A stretch of 64,000 nucleotides of DNA from the human T2T-CHM13v2.0 reference genome, Homo sapiens, in NCBI RefSeq assembly GCF_009914755.1, contig NC_060931.1; one strand, written 5' to 3'. The translations under genes were made by a program, and so were the position numbers. The notes under the pieces are model-generated. The model was not told the origin of the DNA. It saw nothing but the letters and a program-made list of their open reading frames with translations, and made no database searches. Positions 26,622 to 41,590 of this stretch are shown piece after piece (position 1 is the first letter of the stretch; every line of letters begins with the position of its first letter).

Positions 26622-27044
26622 CTGCAGGAAAAAAAAAAAAAAAAAAAGGCATGTTTTGGGGTCCTGGCTGTGCTGTAAGCAGGACAAATTCTTAGGATTT
26701 CTGGTGCTAATTGAGTGACCTTATACATACCATTTCCCCTCCTGGGGCTAAAAGAAGATCAGAGAGGATCAAAGAAATCAGTGGTTTAAAAAAACTCAAA
26801 ACAAAACAACTTGAGACCCTAAAACAGTATTTGGCCTTTGGAGGTTTTTGTTTAATAAGTTTAAATTGTCCCCAAAGTGTTTCTAAAAGGCAGGTTGTGC
26901 TTTGCTGCAATACAAACACCTTTGTTTCTGATGCCACACAGCAGGCTTGAGAGAAGCATTGGTGTTGTATTTGCCCTTTGTACCCATCTATGTTTGACAC
27001 TCATTGACCAAATAGGTTAACATTTTAGGAGTCTATCATTCTAT

Positions 27045-27210
27045 AAACCACCTGAGTGACCTAGAACAAGTAACTGAATGTCTCCAAGCCCCAGATTTCT
27101 CATTTCTCCCTTGGAGATGGCCATTATAATATCTGCCTACCTATGTCAGTGGTTATTATGATCAAAGGAGATCAATATGTGAGCATGCTTTGCAATCTTT
27201 AAGCAGGAAG
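27045..27210 (+). mobile_element. MIR fragment
   Basis: TGAGTGACCTAGAACAAGTAACTGAATGTCTCCAAGCCCCAGATTTCTCAT...ATAATATCTGCCTA. Confidence 0.65.
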
Positions 27211-27671
27211 AAATGTTCATTAGTGAGGAAGGATAAAGCTTAAGCGGGAGCTTGGACTAGATAACTGCTAGACAAGGTCATACCTCTATTATGCAGTTAC
27301 AGTATTTGATAATAAAATGTCTTTAATAATCAGGAAAATTAAAATAAATGGGGGCCTCAATTATATCTAGAAAGATATTCAAGAAGACAGACTCTCATTA
27401 GAGGAGAAGTCTGTGGCAAGAGGCAAACAACTCCAAGATTGGTTTCTTAACTGGTTGTGAAATTGCCTCCGTTTATCCCATAAGCAGACCTCCCCCTGAG
27501 TGGATTTCCTTAAGAGAGGTTATATAGGTGAAAGATCCTTATGCCTGGCAGCATATTATTTAGAAATAGTCCACTTTAAATTGCCATGGAGAGAACCACC
27601 AAAAGATGCAGAGAGCTGTTTGTGTCACAAATGTTAAGCTATAATCTCACTTTCAGATTTAACCTAGTTTT

Positions 27672-28076
27672 CTTTGGGAGGCCGAGGCGGGTGGATCACC
27701 TGAGGTCAGGAGTTCAAGACCAGCCTGGCCAACATGGCAAAACTCTGTCTCTACTAAAAAATTAAAAAAAAAAAAAAAAAAGCCATGTGTGGTGGTGGGT
27801 GCCTGTAATCCCAGCTGCTCAGGAGGCTGAGGCATGGAGAATTGCTTGAACCTGGGAGGTGGAGGTTGCAGTGAGCCAAGATCACGCCACTGCACTCCAG
27901 CTTGGGCAACAGAGTGAGACTCTATCATAATGTTATTAAACATGTAAAAGAAGCATCTGACAATAATTTCAAATAAGCTGCTTAATTTTACAAAGGCATT
28001 CCATTCCTGTTTTGGCACTGCCATTGGTCATCCATGTGACTTTGAGAAAACTACTAACACAAATAAAAAATAACAA
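27672..28076 (+). mobile_element. 5'-truncated AluSx whose body (27672-27926) is separated from its A tail (28061-28077) by a 141-bp inverted insert
   Basis: Starts at CTTTGGGAGG; body ends GAGACTCTATC; TSD ATTTAAC(C/T)TAGTTTT at 27657-27671 and 28077-28091. Confidence 0.88.
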
Positions 28077-28432
28077 ATTTAACTTAGTTTTATTTAACTC
28101 ACCTTGGTTTTATTCATTGAGTAGTGATGATGATGGCAAGACTGGGGAAATGGTAGAAACTTATATTAATTGAGGTTTTTTTTTGTGCCAGGGACGCCAC
28201 ACAGCTCTTTAGCATTTCATAAAGTATCCCAATGATCCTGGAAGTTGAGTAATGCATTATCCCTACCTTACAGATGATTCATCCGAGGCACATTTGTGTT
28301 AGCATTTTGTTCAAAGTCACACGGATGACCAATGGCAGTGCCAAAACAGGAATGGGATGCCTTTATAAAATTAAGCAGCTTATTTGAAATTATTGTCAGA
28401 TGCTTCTTTTACACCTTTAATAACATTATGAT
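27924..28432. repeat. Inverted repeat, 141-bp arms (27924-28064 and 28292-28432)
   Basis: About 9 mismatches, ungapped, 227-bp spacer. Confidence 0.96.
28160..28360 (-). mobile_element. MIR fragment
   Basis: TGTGCCAGG...ATTATCCCTACCTTACAGATGA...GAGGCAC...TTGTTCAAAGTCACAC..AATGGCAG. Confidence 0.65.
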
Positions 28433-31280
28433 GGTATGAAAACACATTTTAGGCAGCAGCCAATAAACTTCAATATAATAACAATTACCATCCTGATTTG
28501 ATACAGAAGCCTCCAACTTCAGGTGTTCTTTTAATATTCTATATGCTAGTCGATTTTGTTTACCATACGCATAGTTATAAACAGTCAGTGCACATGTTGT
28601 TGACTGACCTAAATATTTACACTGTCACATATTATTAAAATCTCAGTGCTTTTCTCCAATTCTGTAAGATTAATTGTCTACTAACCAATGAAATAATTTG
28701 AATTTCTACTTTTCTTCTTATAAGCTTAGGCTAATTTCTATCAAAGAGAAGTTTCTCAAAAATGAGGACTGGAATAAAAGCTTCTGTGGCTTGTTCACAG
28801 CCTCATTGACTGGAAGAATTGTGTCTCTTGGTGGGTAACTGTGCATGGGGTGCTAAGGACTGCTTGGAGTCTAAGTGGGAAAATGGCATTCTGTGACTGG
28901 GAACCTCTGTTCCTTAAACCTTTTCTGTTTAATTAGAAGGAAGGATGTCCCATTTTATCCTCACTTAAAGAGCAATGAAATGATTAAAAATAGTGTTTTA
29001 ATTTCACAACTTAGGAGCAATAAATAATTTTGAGTCTCTGGCTGTCACTATCAGTTATCGCTCAACTTAATATTGTTGAAGTTTAGATAAGGACAGATGG
29101 TTCTCTCTTCTCAGTATTAGTTCTGTTGCTTGGCAGTTAATTACCTGCTACTGTGACTCCCTCTCCCATCACCAAGAAATCATAAAAACAGAAAAAGTAA
29201 CGGTATCTTTCTCCAAGAAGTTTGCTTTGTCTCATGGATTGGTTCCTTTGACAGTTTTTTATTTGAGAGGGCTCCTCTTCGTGTTCCTAATATGCCAAAG
29301 TTAAGCATGCAACCTCGGTCTTCATGTTCACAAGTTGAAATGGGCGTGTGCTTCTTTTACAATTATGTCCAATACGCTAACTGAAAGTAGAACATGCCTT
29401 TCTCCTAGGGGTTTTCAAATTCATAGGATGGTTTACATTTATTAGCTTCTGAAGTAAGGAAGATTTCTCTTACAAAAATAAATCACTCTATTTTTTGTTA
29501 AATTGAATCTACTTTGTTCCCCACCCAATGTTGATGCAATAAGGAGAATTTTATTTGTTCTATGACTTTTCAATTCTTGCACCTGATTTGGAATATCACA
29601 TCATTCTGTCTGCCCCTTCGGTCTTGTTTTATTTGAATCTTTCAGCCCAACAGTCAGCTTTGCTGAGGCTACAAAGAAATGCAGTGCCACCAAAATATGA
29701 GAGAATAACTAAGCTGGACATTTCACAAGGCTGCTGATGTGAGAAAATACAATTTTAGCAAGTTTTAATCTATGTCCCTAAACAATCTTAAGTTGAAAAT
29801 ATTGAGAGAAGTATAACAGTAGGAGACAATGTTTTGCCTAATTTTTTCAGACTTCAAATTAGTGAATCGAAATCATGTTAAAAATTTGCAATTTCAGTTC
29901 ACAGGCAGATTTCTAGATTTTAATATATAACAGACAAACCACTTCAGCAATTACTTTTGCTTGCACTGTGGTTTTTGAGAACATTGGAGTTTTTTCCATA
30001 TTTTCCATTATCTCTGAGTTTTTCACTGAATTTTGCTATCTTTACATATTCTTTCTAATTGAAAAGGGATAATTTGTTCGTCCTTGAATTCAGTTTTCAA
30101 AGACATCTGAATATTTGAAATTCACTTCTCTTTCTCCATTTTTTTTTTGATGTTATCCTCTCTGTGTTTTCTTTTTAAGGAAAGGTAACCTTTTGATTTT
30201 GTTGTTTATTTTTTGAAAACTATTGTTTCAATTATGAAACAGAGATAGGAAATAATAATCCGATAAATGTCCAAAACTATCATTATATAGCATGACATTC
30301 AGTAAATACCCAGTAGGAGTGCTGGCTTACATTGCAGAAAGACCTGCAGAGACCCAAATGTTGAAGCATTGAAAGAGCTGAATACATTGGACTGAATACA
30401 TAGAATTCTTCCCTAAAAAACAAGGGAGGCAAGTACTGTTTTTTTGGTTTGTTTGTTTTTTCTCAGTTTTCACCACTAATTTGCTTATAAAGGAAAGAAA
30501 ATTTGAGTTTCTGTGGACTCTTGTTTTATTACATTCATACAAAACTTTTTTTTTTCCAGTTATTTCACAAGAAAGAAGGTGTTTAGTTGTCCACAAAGGA
30601 CTATGCCTCTGGTTTGGTGCAATTTCTGGTTTTAGTAGTTCTTATCCCTATTGTCTACTCCAAAATGCTGTCAGCACAGTTTCTCCAGCCCCATTTATCA
30701 TCCTGTAGAGTAGTACCTCTTTACTGGCTCACTTTCAAATACCTGAGTTTGCTAATGTTGCAGCTTTCCACGTTACAAAAGACCCTGGTAGCCTCCCTAG
30801 AGAAAGCAATTATCTATTATGCTTAGGGGACACAAAAGTAGCTCACGGAGGGAAGTGCCTACATACTCTGCTCATGCTGAGGCTGACCTAAATCAATTTC
30901 AGATGCCTATAAGTAAAAATTGAGCTCTGTATATAAGGTTAAAGCTGCCACATTTTTATTAAAGAATTATCCTTCTAGGATAACTGCAAATGTTGAATAA
31001 TTTTCATGGTGATTACAATGTTCAAAGGAACTCCAAAATAAAAAATAGAAATGACACCTATTTTGGAGTATCTTACTTCCATTTCCATTCACTGTCTGTT
31101 ACGTTTTCACTCTTTATTATAGATTGTATGTCTGTCTTTGGTTTGGTTCTTTCAGTCTTATGATGTGTTAATAAACTATTATAGACTATGTAGAGGATGT
31201 AATCATTAAATACAGAATACAAACAAAACTAATCTTTTGAAAGCTATTATTTAGAGAAAGAGCTAGAACCTATGTAAACA

Positions 31281-32647
<1,367 letters not shown>

Positions 32648-33091
32648 TGAGCTGTACAACAGGAACAATTGCTGAAAAGAATGGTACCTGAACCCTGTAT
32701 TGGGTGACCATTGGCCTTTTGTGTCCTGTGATGGGTAGGGCTTGGCCTAGGACTTCCAGACACTAATACCCTGGGGTAGAATGCAGGCAATTAGTAATTA
32801 ATTGCACTGATGTGTCTAACATGTTGTAGTAGTGGCGATTATTGCTCCATTTAATTCGATGAGTAATTTAGACATTAATGCAAAGTTTTAGAAGTAGCAG
32901 CAATCATTTATATTATCCTTTCTCAATACATTAATAGTTTAGGAATTTTCATTCTGTGGCTGGTTGGTGAGATGAGATGAGGCCAATGAAAACTCCTTGG
33001 CCCAGGGGATTGGAGATTTGAAATATTTACTATGTAAGTGACATTGTTAGAAAACACTAGGCATTATGCCAAAATTACAATTATGGGTTAG

Positions 33092-33859
<768 letters not shown>

Positions 33860-34302
33860 GTTAGAAACCTTTTCATACTTATTTAGACTTACTAAAATTA
33901 TACCTATCACAAAATATTCACAAATTGGTTCAAAGAAGTTGATCAGAATGATGATATATATAGCCAACGGTTACATTCAATTAATAAACTACAAATGAGA
34001 ATTATTGTTACTAATGACTCACCTGGGAAGAACTATTAAGGTAATTTAAAGAACACACTTTATATTTAGAGAAATTAGCTAAATGGTCAATGCAGTTCAA
34101 TCAGTAGTTTTCTTATATTTACTATTTCCCAGGAACTGTAGCAAAAACAAGGATACAAAGATAAATAAGAGAAGACATTATGAAAGTTGGTTCTCTATGA
34201 AATAATAACCAGGTATTTTCTTTTAGAATTCTTGTGTGAAACTTCAGAATTCTCTATAGGCTATTGCATTTTGTTCCCAATGCTCAGGTCTTATAGTAGT
34301 GT

Positions 34303-34491
34303 GCTTGCCAGATAAAATATGGAGGTCCCCGCTGAATTTAATTTATTGAGGCTTTTTTGTTTTGTTTTGTTTTGTTTTGTAGTAATATGTCCTGTGCACT
34401 CGTTGGGACATACTTATGCTAAAAAAGTTGTTTTCTGGAATTCAAACGTTACTACCTGCCCCACATTTTCATTTGCTAGATGTTGCAGCCT
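34303..34491. mobile_element. MER53 (hAT MITE, quasi-palindromic)
   Basis: TTGCCAGATAAAATA...TATGTCC....GGGACATACTTATGCTAAAAAA...TTTGCTAGATGTTGCAGCCT. Confidence 0.8.
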
Positions 34492-34972
34492 GGGTAGTAG
34501 TGAAAGTCATATGCAAGATATCAAAGGTGAGAAACTGAAGAATCAACACTTGGAAGTGGCTACATTCCTACAATCTCACTTATTGCCAATTTGCTATCTC
34601 AAGGGGCTTATAACAATTTTCAGTCATCTGTAGTACTTAAGTCTTAGGAATATTTTGGTGATTAAATGAAGTAGTACATTGTAAGTGTTAGAACAGTTAC
34701 TGTTGAATAGTTAGGGCCCTGTAACTGTTCGTTTTTATTTTTTTTTCCCAAATCAGTGTAATGCATAGTAGAGCATTTTCCTGTATTTTGAATGAGGATA
34801 CAAGAGATGGCCACATGTGTACATTTGCTAACAATGTCTAATCTATTTGTCAATACTGAAAGACACATCTTTGAAAAAAGATGGGTCTTGTTCCGTTTGG
34901 TTTTAATCACTTTGTAAGATTCCAGTTCAGTGCCTGATGAGCCTCTGACTTTAGAAGCATGCTGTTAAATCT

Positions 34973-34976
<4 letters not shown>

Positions 34977-35005
<29 letters not shown>

Positions 35006-35284
35006 GAGACAGAGTCTCGCTCTGTCGCCAGGCTGGAGTGCAATGGTGAGATCTCTGCTCACCGCAACCTCCGACTCCGTGGTTCAAGCAATTCTCCTGT
35101 CTCAGCCTCCTGAGTAGCTGGGATTACAGGCGCAGGCCACCATGCCCAGCTAATTTTTGTATTTTTAGTAGCGACAGCGTTTCACTGTGTTAGCCAGAAT
35201 GGTTTCAATCTCCTGACCTCGTGATGCACCTGCCTTGGCCTCCCAAAGTGGTGGGATTACAGGCGTGAGCCACCATGCCTGGCC
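34977..35284 (-). mobile_element. AluSc
   Basis: CTGTCGCCAGGCTGG and CCTGACCTCGTGAT diagnostics; TSD TAAATCTAAACTTT. Confidence 0.93.
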
Positions 35285-35309
35285 TAAATCTAAACTTTTA
35301 TGTGTCCAG

Positions 35310-36478
35310 TGTATTAGTTCTTAGGGCTGCTGAAACAAAACCACAGATTGGGTCACTTAAAACAACAGAAATGTATTCTCTCACAGTGTGGAGGTTAAAG
35401 TCTGCAACCCAGATGTTGGCAGGGTTGTTTTTTCTGGAGGTTCTGAGTGACTCTGTTCCCGGCCTTTCTCCTGGCTACTGGCGGTTGCTGTTAGTCCTTC
35501 GTGGGCCTTCACTTGCAGGCTTATCACTCCAGTCTCGGCCTCCATGCTCACTCACATGGTGGTCTCCTCATTGTGTATATCTGTGTCTCTTCTTACAAGG
35601 ACACTGGTCATATAGGATTAGGGTCTGCCCGAATCCAGTATTACCTCATTTAGCTTCATTTCATCTACAAAGACCCTATTTCCACACTAGGTTTCATTCA
35701 CAGATGCTGACAACTAGTAAAACAACCTTTGCAGACATTATAACAGTGAGAAAATTATGGCAGTGAAAGAGATCTGATGTAATCAACCTCCATTTTGCCT
35801 TTAGCCTTCAAACTGCCCTTAATTATTCCTGGGTTTGGGACAAGCTAATTTGGGGAAATATTTAGTTTATAGTTAAATGATAATAGCCCTTCTCAACCAC
35901 CTTTGTAAAGCTAATGAGAGACCACCAGGTTTAAAGGATGAGAGGAACTTAAATTCTGCTACGGTGTAGACATAAAGGATTACCCACCATTATTTCAAAG
36001 GTCACAAGATACACAACTTCTCTAATTACTCCTGCAGATAACATCACTATTTGTAGAACCAAAGATTGGCCTTTCCAGATGTCTTTTCAGGTTTTTTTGC
36101 ATGCACATCTGATGATGGATGGCTCCACCTGGACCCACTAATCACTCCAGTGACCCCACCCCGAGGGACTCAGCATGCGGGAGGAACATCTTCCATTCCC
36201 CTGGGATTGCACCCCCAACCAATTAGCAAGCTCCCATTGCCAGGTCACCCCCTTTCTTCCACCAAATTATCCTTGAAAAACCCTAGCCTCTGAATCTGGG
36301 GGAAGACTGATTTGAGTAATAATAAAATTTCTGTCTCCCGTTCAGCCAGCTCTGCATGAATTAAGCTCTTTATTTCAATTCCCCTGTCTTGATAAATTGG
36401 CTCTATTTGGGCAGCAGTCAAAATGAACCCATTGGTCAGTTATACTAGGCTTTCAACATACTTTGGGTGGACACAATA
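35310..36478 (-). mobile_element. MLT1C-like solo LTR interrupted by LTR8A
   Basis: TGTATTAGTTCTTAGGGCTGC...AAACAACAGAAATGTATTCTCTCACAG...AAGACCCTATTTCCA; resumes after 36448 with TTCAACATA..GGACACAAT. Confidence 0.82.
35718..36444 (+). mobile_element. LTR8A-like ERV1 solo LTR
   Basis: CCTTTGCAGACATTATAACAGTGAGAAAATTATGGCAGTGAAAGAGATCTG start, AATAAA near 36321, end ATGAACCCATTGGTCAGTTATA; 4-bp TSD CTAG. Confidence 0.82.
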
Positions 36479-37695
36479 AGGACCAGTGGCTATACTTCAG
36501 GGGTATTTTGAAAACCTCAACGATTACATTTTATATTAATAGGCATCTTTTTTAACATTTAAGGTATTCTCTACAGTGTATCATTGGTATAGAGAAACAA
36601 AGGTTTTCTTTCAAAAAGTGTTTTCCTCAATATTTCTAGAACATACATTTAGGAACTATTTAGGGAACAATATCTAGGTAACAATACATGAATATTATAT
36701 TTAAACACTTTATGATTTGATTGTAAAACAAATTTCACAGTCTAGAATTCCCAATGCTTTGAGAAGTAAATAATGGGGGTAAATAAAATAAAATTGGTAA
36801 GAGAACTATTTTTTTTCTTTTAGCTTCCCTTATTTTGGGGCCTTCATCTCTGCATTCCAAATTACTTCATTATTTTTAAAGTGCCATTCAATTTTCAATT
36901 GTATAACAAGTGTTTGCTAAGCAATTACGTAAATTTTCTTGTTTAGGTGGGCAATTAGATGAACTGAATGCTAAGATATTTTAAGCTAATATTCTTGCAT
37001 GAAAATCTAAATTTTCTCATTTTCCAGAGAAATGTTAATAAATTTTACTCAGCCATGCAATTAAATAAATGCCAACACTTAGATTATTACTATTCTTAAC
37101 AATTAACAAATTTCACAAATACTTCCAAAATTAGAGTGGTGTAAAGAGTAGTCTTGGATTGTGAATGACCTCATTTTACAGTTTACTAATCTATAAATGA
37201 ACATTAAGTACCTAATAATAATGCCATTGTCATGTTTAAATACTTTATATTAGTAAAGAAGCTATAACAGATTTTCCATAGCATATATTCAAAATATATT
37301 ATTTCTCTTTTCCTCTCCATTTTTAAAAATAAACCACACAGTCATGCCCATTAAATATAACCAGATATATTTACTTGCTTGGTTTTCCTTTTGTTTTTTC
37401 TTGTCGGGGAATTATAGGGATAAGGAAGAGATTGATTTTTGCTTTTTTTTCTGCTGAAGTTATAAATGCTTGAATTTGGAATTATTTTGTAATTCTAGTT
37501 GAAATGTGAAGGAGCATTTACTATAGGAAACATATGGTCCTATAAACCAGTATCAGCAGTTTTCAGGTAATCAATAAAATAAATACGAGATATCCCCATG
37601 ATACCGCTATTGTCCAATAAACGATTACCTGTTACACAGTGTCCTTTGCATTGTGTAGGATAAAATGACAGATTATGTACACCGATTTTGGTAAT

Positions 37696-37716
37696 TTCCA
37701 GGAAACAACTGACTCA
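37696..37716. promoter_or_regulatory. STAT (GAS) plus AP-1 composite motif
   Basis: TTCCAGGAA (37696-37704) 5 bp from TGACTCA (37710-37716) in unique sequence; motif match only. Confidence 0.4.
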
Positions 37717-38329
37717 CAGAAGCTTAGGTGGTGTACTTGGAATATAAATGCACATACTAATGGAGCTGATTTTATCATTCTTAAAGCATAATCAAAGTCA
37801 GTAGTTTACTACCACTGAGGAGAATGATGCTTTAGATCCCAGGGCACTTACCACAGGAAGGATACAGGGATGAGGCCATTTGTAAGCCACATCCAGAAGA
37901 TGGTGAGATGACCTCTGTGTTCCTCACATAAGAAATTTAACACCAGCACTTACCCACACACACTAAAACCAAATAATTTGGATAGCCTCGTTGTGATTCA
38001 CGTACATGTTTCCCAATTGCCGGCAATTTTCACTGTCAGGCTGACTAAATGCAGATCATTAACTTACAGGGTCATGTTTTTCAGGCCGTTTTGGTATTAT
38101 GTAAGAACATTCTCAAATCTATAATAGCAAGCTCTACCCAGTAATATTTATAGAAGCGTATGTGTAATTGTTAGTAGGAGAAATATCTGAAGACGATTTT
38201 ATTCGCTCTGTAAATATGTAGGTCAGGGTCTTAAGAAAATGCTCATTGTAAACATTTCTTTTTTGGACAGGGAGATGTCCCTGATGTTCCCCCTAGATGT
38301 CCATTGAAGTACTACTCATGGGAGATTTT

Positions 38330-38810
38330 ATTTAGGCCACCTAGCATTTTGCTGAGCATTCTGGTTGTCAGAAAAAGATAAAGCACCTGCTGTTATGTTG
38401 TTGCTCACTAAGTAGAGAAGGGGTCCAATGGCTAAACCGACGATTTCAACTCACGGTGGCAAAGAGCATCACGAGCATGCTCAGGAAGCACGCTGAGGAG
38501 GCGGGCACCCAACCGAACCTGCAGAGACGGAGGACATCTTTCTGGGGAGACAATACCTAGACTGAGTTGTACAAGATGAATACGATTTAGTTGTGTGGCG
38601 TGATGTTTCAGGTAAAGCGTTCATCTTGAGAAAATGCATAGAATAATAATAATAATAGGGGTCTGAAGAAGAAGATAAGAGTGGTATGGTCTGACCAGGT
38701 CTGTCAAGATAAGTAGCTGTAATGAGGGAGTGGGGAGGTCACGGAAAGCTTGTATGACTTGCAAGTGAGTTTCACCCTTATCAGATATGCAATGGAGAGC
38801 CCTTGATGTT
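38330..38810 (-). mobile_element. L2 fragment
   Basis: TTTATTTAGGCCACCTAG...TTTCTGGGGAG...GACTGAGTTG..AAGATGAA...GAGTTTCACCCT...AATGGAGAGCC; boundaries approximate. Confidence 0.5.
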
Positions 38811-38914
38811 TATTGCAAATAATGCGAGCCAGTTTTGTCATTGGCACTTACTGGTTTTTTGCTTGTTTGTTAGATATCTGTATCTTCCAGAAGTTACTGA
38901 AGATAATGGCTACA

Positions 38915-39041
38915 GGTGTGTCAATTGGCTTGCTTGTGGTAATCATTTCACAATGTATACCTGAATCAAAACATCAGGTTGTACACCGTAAATCTATACA
39001 ATTTAATATACACAATTTTTAGGCTGCAAAAAAAAAAAAAA
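38915..39041 (+). mobile_element. Old L1M 3'-end fragment with A tail
   Basis: TTGTGGTAATCATTTCACAATGTATAC..ATCAAAACATCA.GTTGTACACC.TAAAT.TATACAATTT. Confidence 0.75.
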
Positions 39042-41429
39042 CGAAACAACAGCCTTTGTCCTAATTCCATTACACATTAAAACATGTATTAACTAGTAGA
39101 AAAAAAGCACAGTCTGTTCTTCGAGTTGAATAAAATCCTCAGCTTTCTGTCCTTTTAGACAATCTACCATGATCTTAAATGAAAGGCTTAAGTTCAAATG
39201 TGGCAGTGTTCCAGAAGTAGTACTGTGCTGCATATCAGGTCAGAACCAGGCAGGGTGTAGGCTGTTTACCATAGAAGGGGATGGCCTCTTAGTGCCAGGT
39301 CGTCGTTCTCAGTGGAAATATATTTAGCATAGATCAACTGGCTTTGGTTTCTTCTTAAACTCTGTTCAGAAAAAACTCTGAGAGGTGGCTACTTGATATT
39401 TTAAACTTGACCACAAGTGTTGAATACCATTCATTTCAACTATGAAAAACCATTTCCATTATGAAGTAGAAAATTAAACCCTCTGGGGCTGATCCACGCG
39501 GAGCTCAGTTGAAGTATTACACTTTCTCATCTCAGGAAGGTGGGCTTCTGATGAGTCTTTCCATTGCTGACTAAGCCCCAGCACAGCAAACCTGTTCTTC
39601 ATTAGGGCTCCTCAGACAGCAACTCACCACCTCCAGGGAGTAGCTTAAAACAGCTGACCCATACACATATACTGTTGAGACAAAAGTCTTTTCAATTAAA
39701 ATAGAGGCATGATCACAGTGAGTTTTAAACAGGAGATTCATATGAGCAGATTCTGATTTTTGAAAGACGACAGTAAAAGCAGAATGGAAGTGTCAATTTC
39801 AGAAAGGCAAGAGGATGTACACAGGTTACCTAGGAGGTTACTGAAGCAGTCAGTGCTAAACTATTTGTATTAAGAAAAAAAAAGAGCTTAAGAGAAATGC
39901 ACATTTATACTGTTGTGTCAAACTCCAAAAATAAATGGAAATTGTGTTAAACAATAACTAGTATAGATGAGTAATTTTAAATATATGTATATATATATTT
40001 ATTTGTATTTCTACCAGATGTGTGTATTAAATATAGATATAGATATAGATATAATAAAACACAGGCTAGAGTTTATTAAATTACTATCCCTTATGATCAC
40101 AGCCCTGAGGTCCATTATACCAGTTTGGTTGTTCTTATCTCTTTATTGTTTACATCCATTTTCTATGCAAAATGTGAAAGGAGCTACCTCTCTAAAACCC
40201 TCGGAAAGATTTTCACCTTGAAAATAACAAAAAATGGACAGCTTCTTGTAAATCTAATCAAAGCTCTAACATGTTTTGACCAGTTACATAGTTTTTAAAA
40301 GGTGAGGGACAGTAGAGCTAATTTAAAATGCTAACAAGTTTTTAGGTAATCAATCTTAACAATTAGATGATTAATAGCTGGGGAGTTAATCATCCCCAGT
40401 CACAAAAGAATGGCTCTGCTCCTGCTTCATACACAATTAATTGTGAGCCAGCAACGTCTTGCCATTATCTACTGTGTCTGAACAGCTATTGAGTTGAGGT
40501 TTCCTTTATCATCTGATGATGTATAATTTGATTGTTTCCCTTAAAACTCATTCCTAACCAAAAATCAAAAGAAACATACTGAGACTTTGATGATGAAAAT
40601 AATATATCTAACATTTAAAATAAATAGATTTTATAACTTGGTGACGAACTCAGTTTGCTCTCTTTCCCTACTCCAATAAAAATTATTGGTTCTGAAACTA
40701 ATTTTGACATTTAATATCACATTAACTTTCATTGTCATTTAATTGCTCCATGTCCTCCTTGTTTTCCCATAGATTTTAAACCCCTAGGCCTTGGACATAT
40801 TTCTGAATTCCTCATCCCATTTTATAACATTGTACACATCCAATAAATGTCCACAATATAATTGAACAGAATTGAGATCATGACGTTTTATCTCAGTAAC
40901 TTGATAGGCTTGTAATTATACAGTATGCCCTAAAGTGTTGAATTACATAATCTCTACCCCCTTTTATTTTCTTTTACCTGATTCATTTCTTATTTATAAC
41001 TAATGTTTATTAATATGTAAATATGCCCCATCCTTTCCTCCTGACCGCAACATATATATACAAGGACTGTGGTTTCTGTTTTATTTACATTTGTGACCAG
41101 TTTCTTGAATGAGTGGCTAAATAATTCAGTGAATAGAACTCCTACTATCTGTTTCATTGACTTAGTGAGTTTTTAATTCTCTCACTTAGTGAAATTTTAC
41201 TTGTCATCCTTGTTTTTATTTCCACCACTTCCCATTCCTAAGGATGCCTTCTATTCTATACCTTAGTTTTAGATGGTTACCACATTGATGAATAATAATC
41301 AATTCTTTTTATTTTATATGAATGCAACATCAGCTTCCATTTTCAAAGGAACCTTCTATCCACAGAACACAAACTAGGACCGTGCTAAAATTTCAGGAGC
41401 CTAGTGTTTATTGTGTTCATAAACTCATG

Positions 41430-41590
41430 ACATTTTCCAGCTTGAGGTGATTTAAGAGGCCATGTAGCACAAACTTGTATTTTACAGATGAGAAAACTGA
41501 GCATTGAGCAAGTTAAATGATGTACCAAAAGTCAAATCACTAGTGAATGGCAACTGAGACTGAAATCAAAGTCCCCTAGGCCTGGCTGTG
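41430..41590 (-). mobile_element. MIR fragment
   Basis: ATTTTACAGATGAGAAAACTGAG...GTTAAATGATGTACCAAAAGTCA..CTAGTGAATGGCA. Confidence 0.75.

Noticed and set aside
29646-29738. Possible 93-nt plus-strand exon (TTTCAG|...GAT|GTGAGA)
   Set aside because: Stops in all three frames and a weak donor
39565-39576. MARE/ARE-like motif TGCTGACTAAGC
   Set aside because: A single short motif without supporting context; expected by chance
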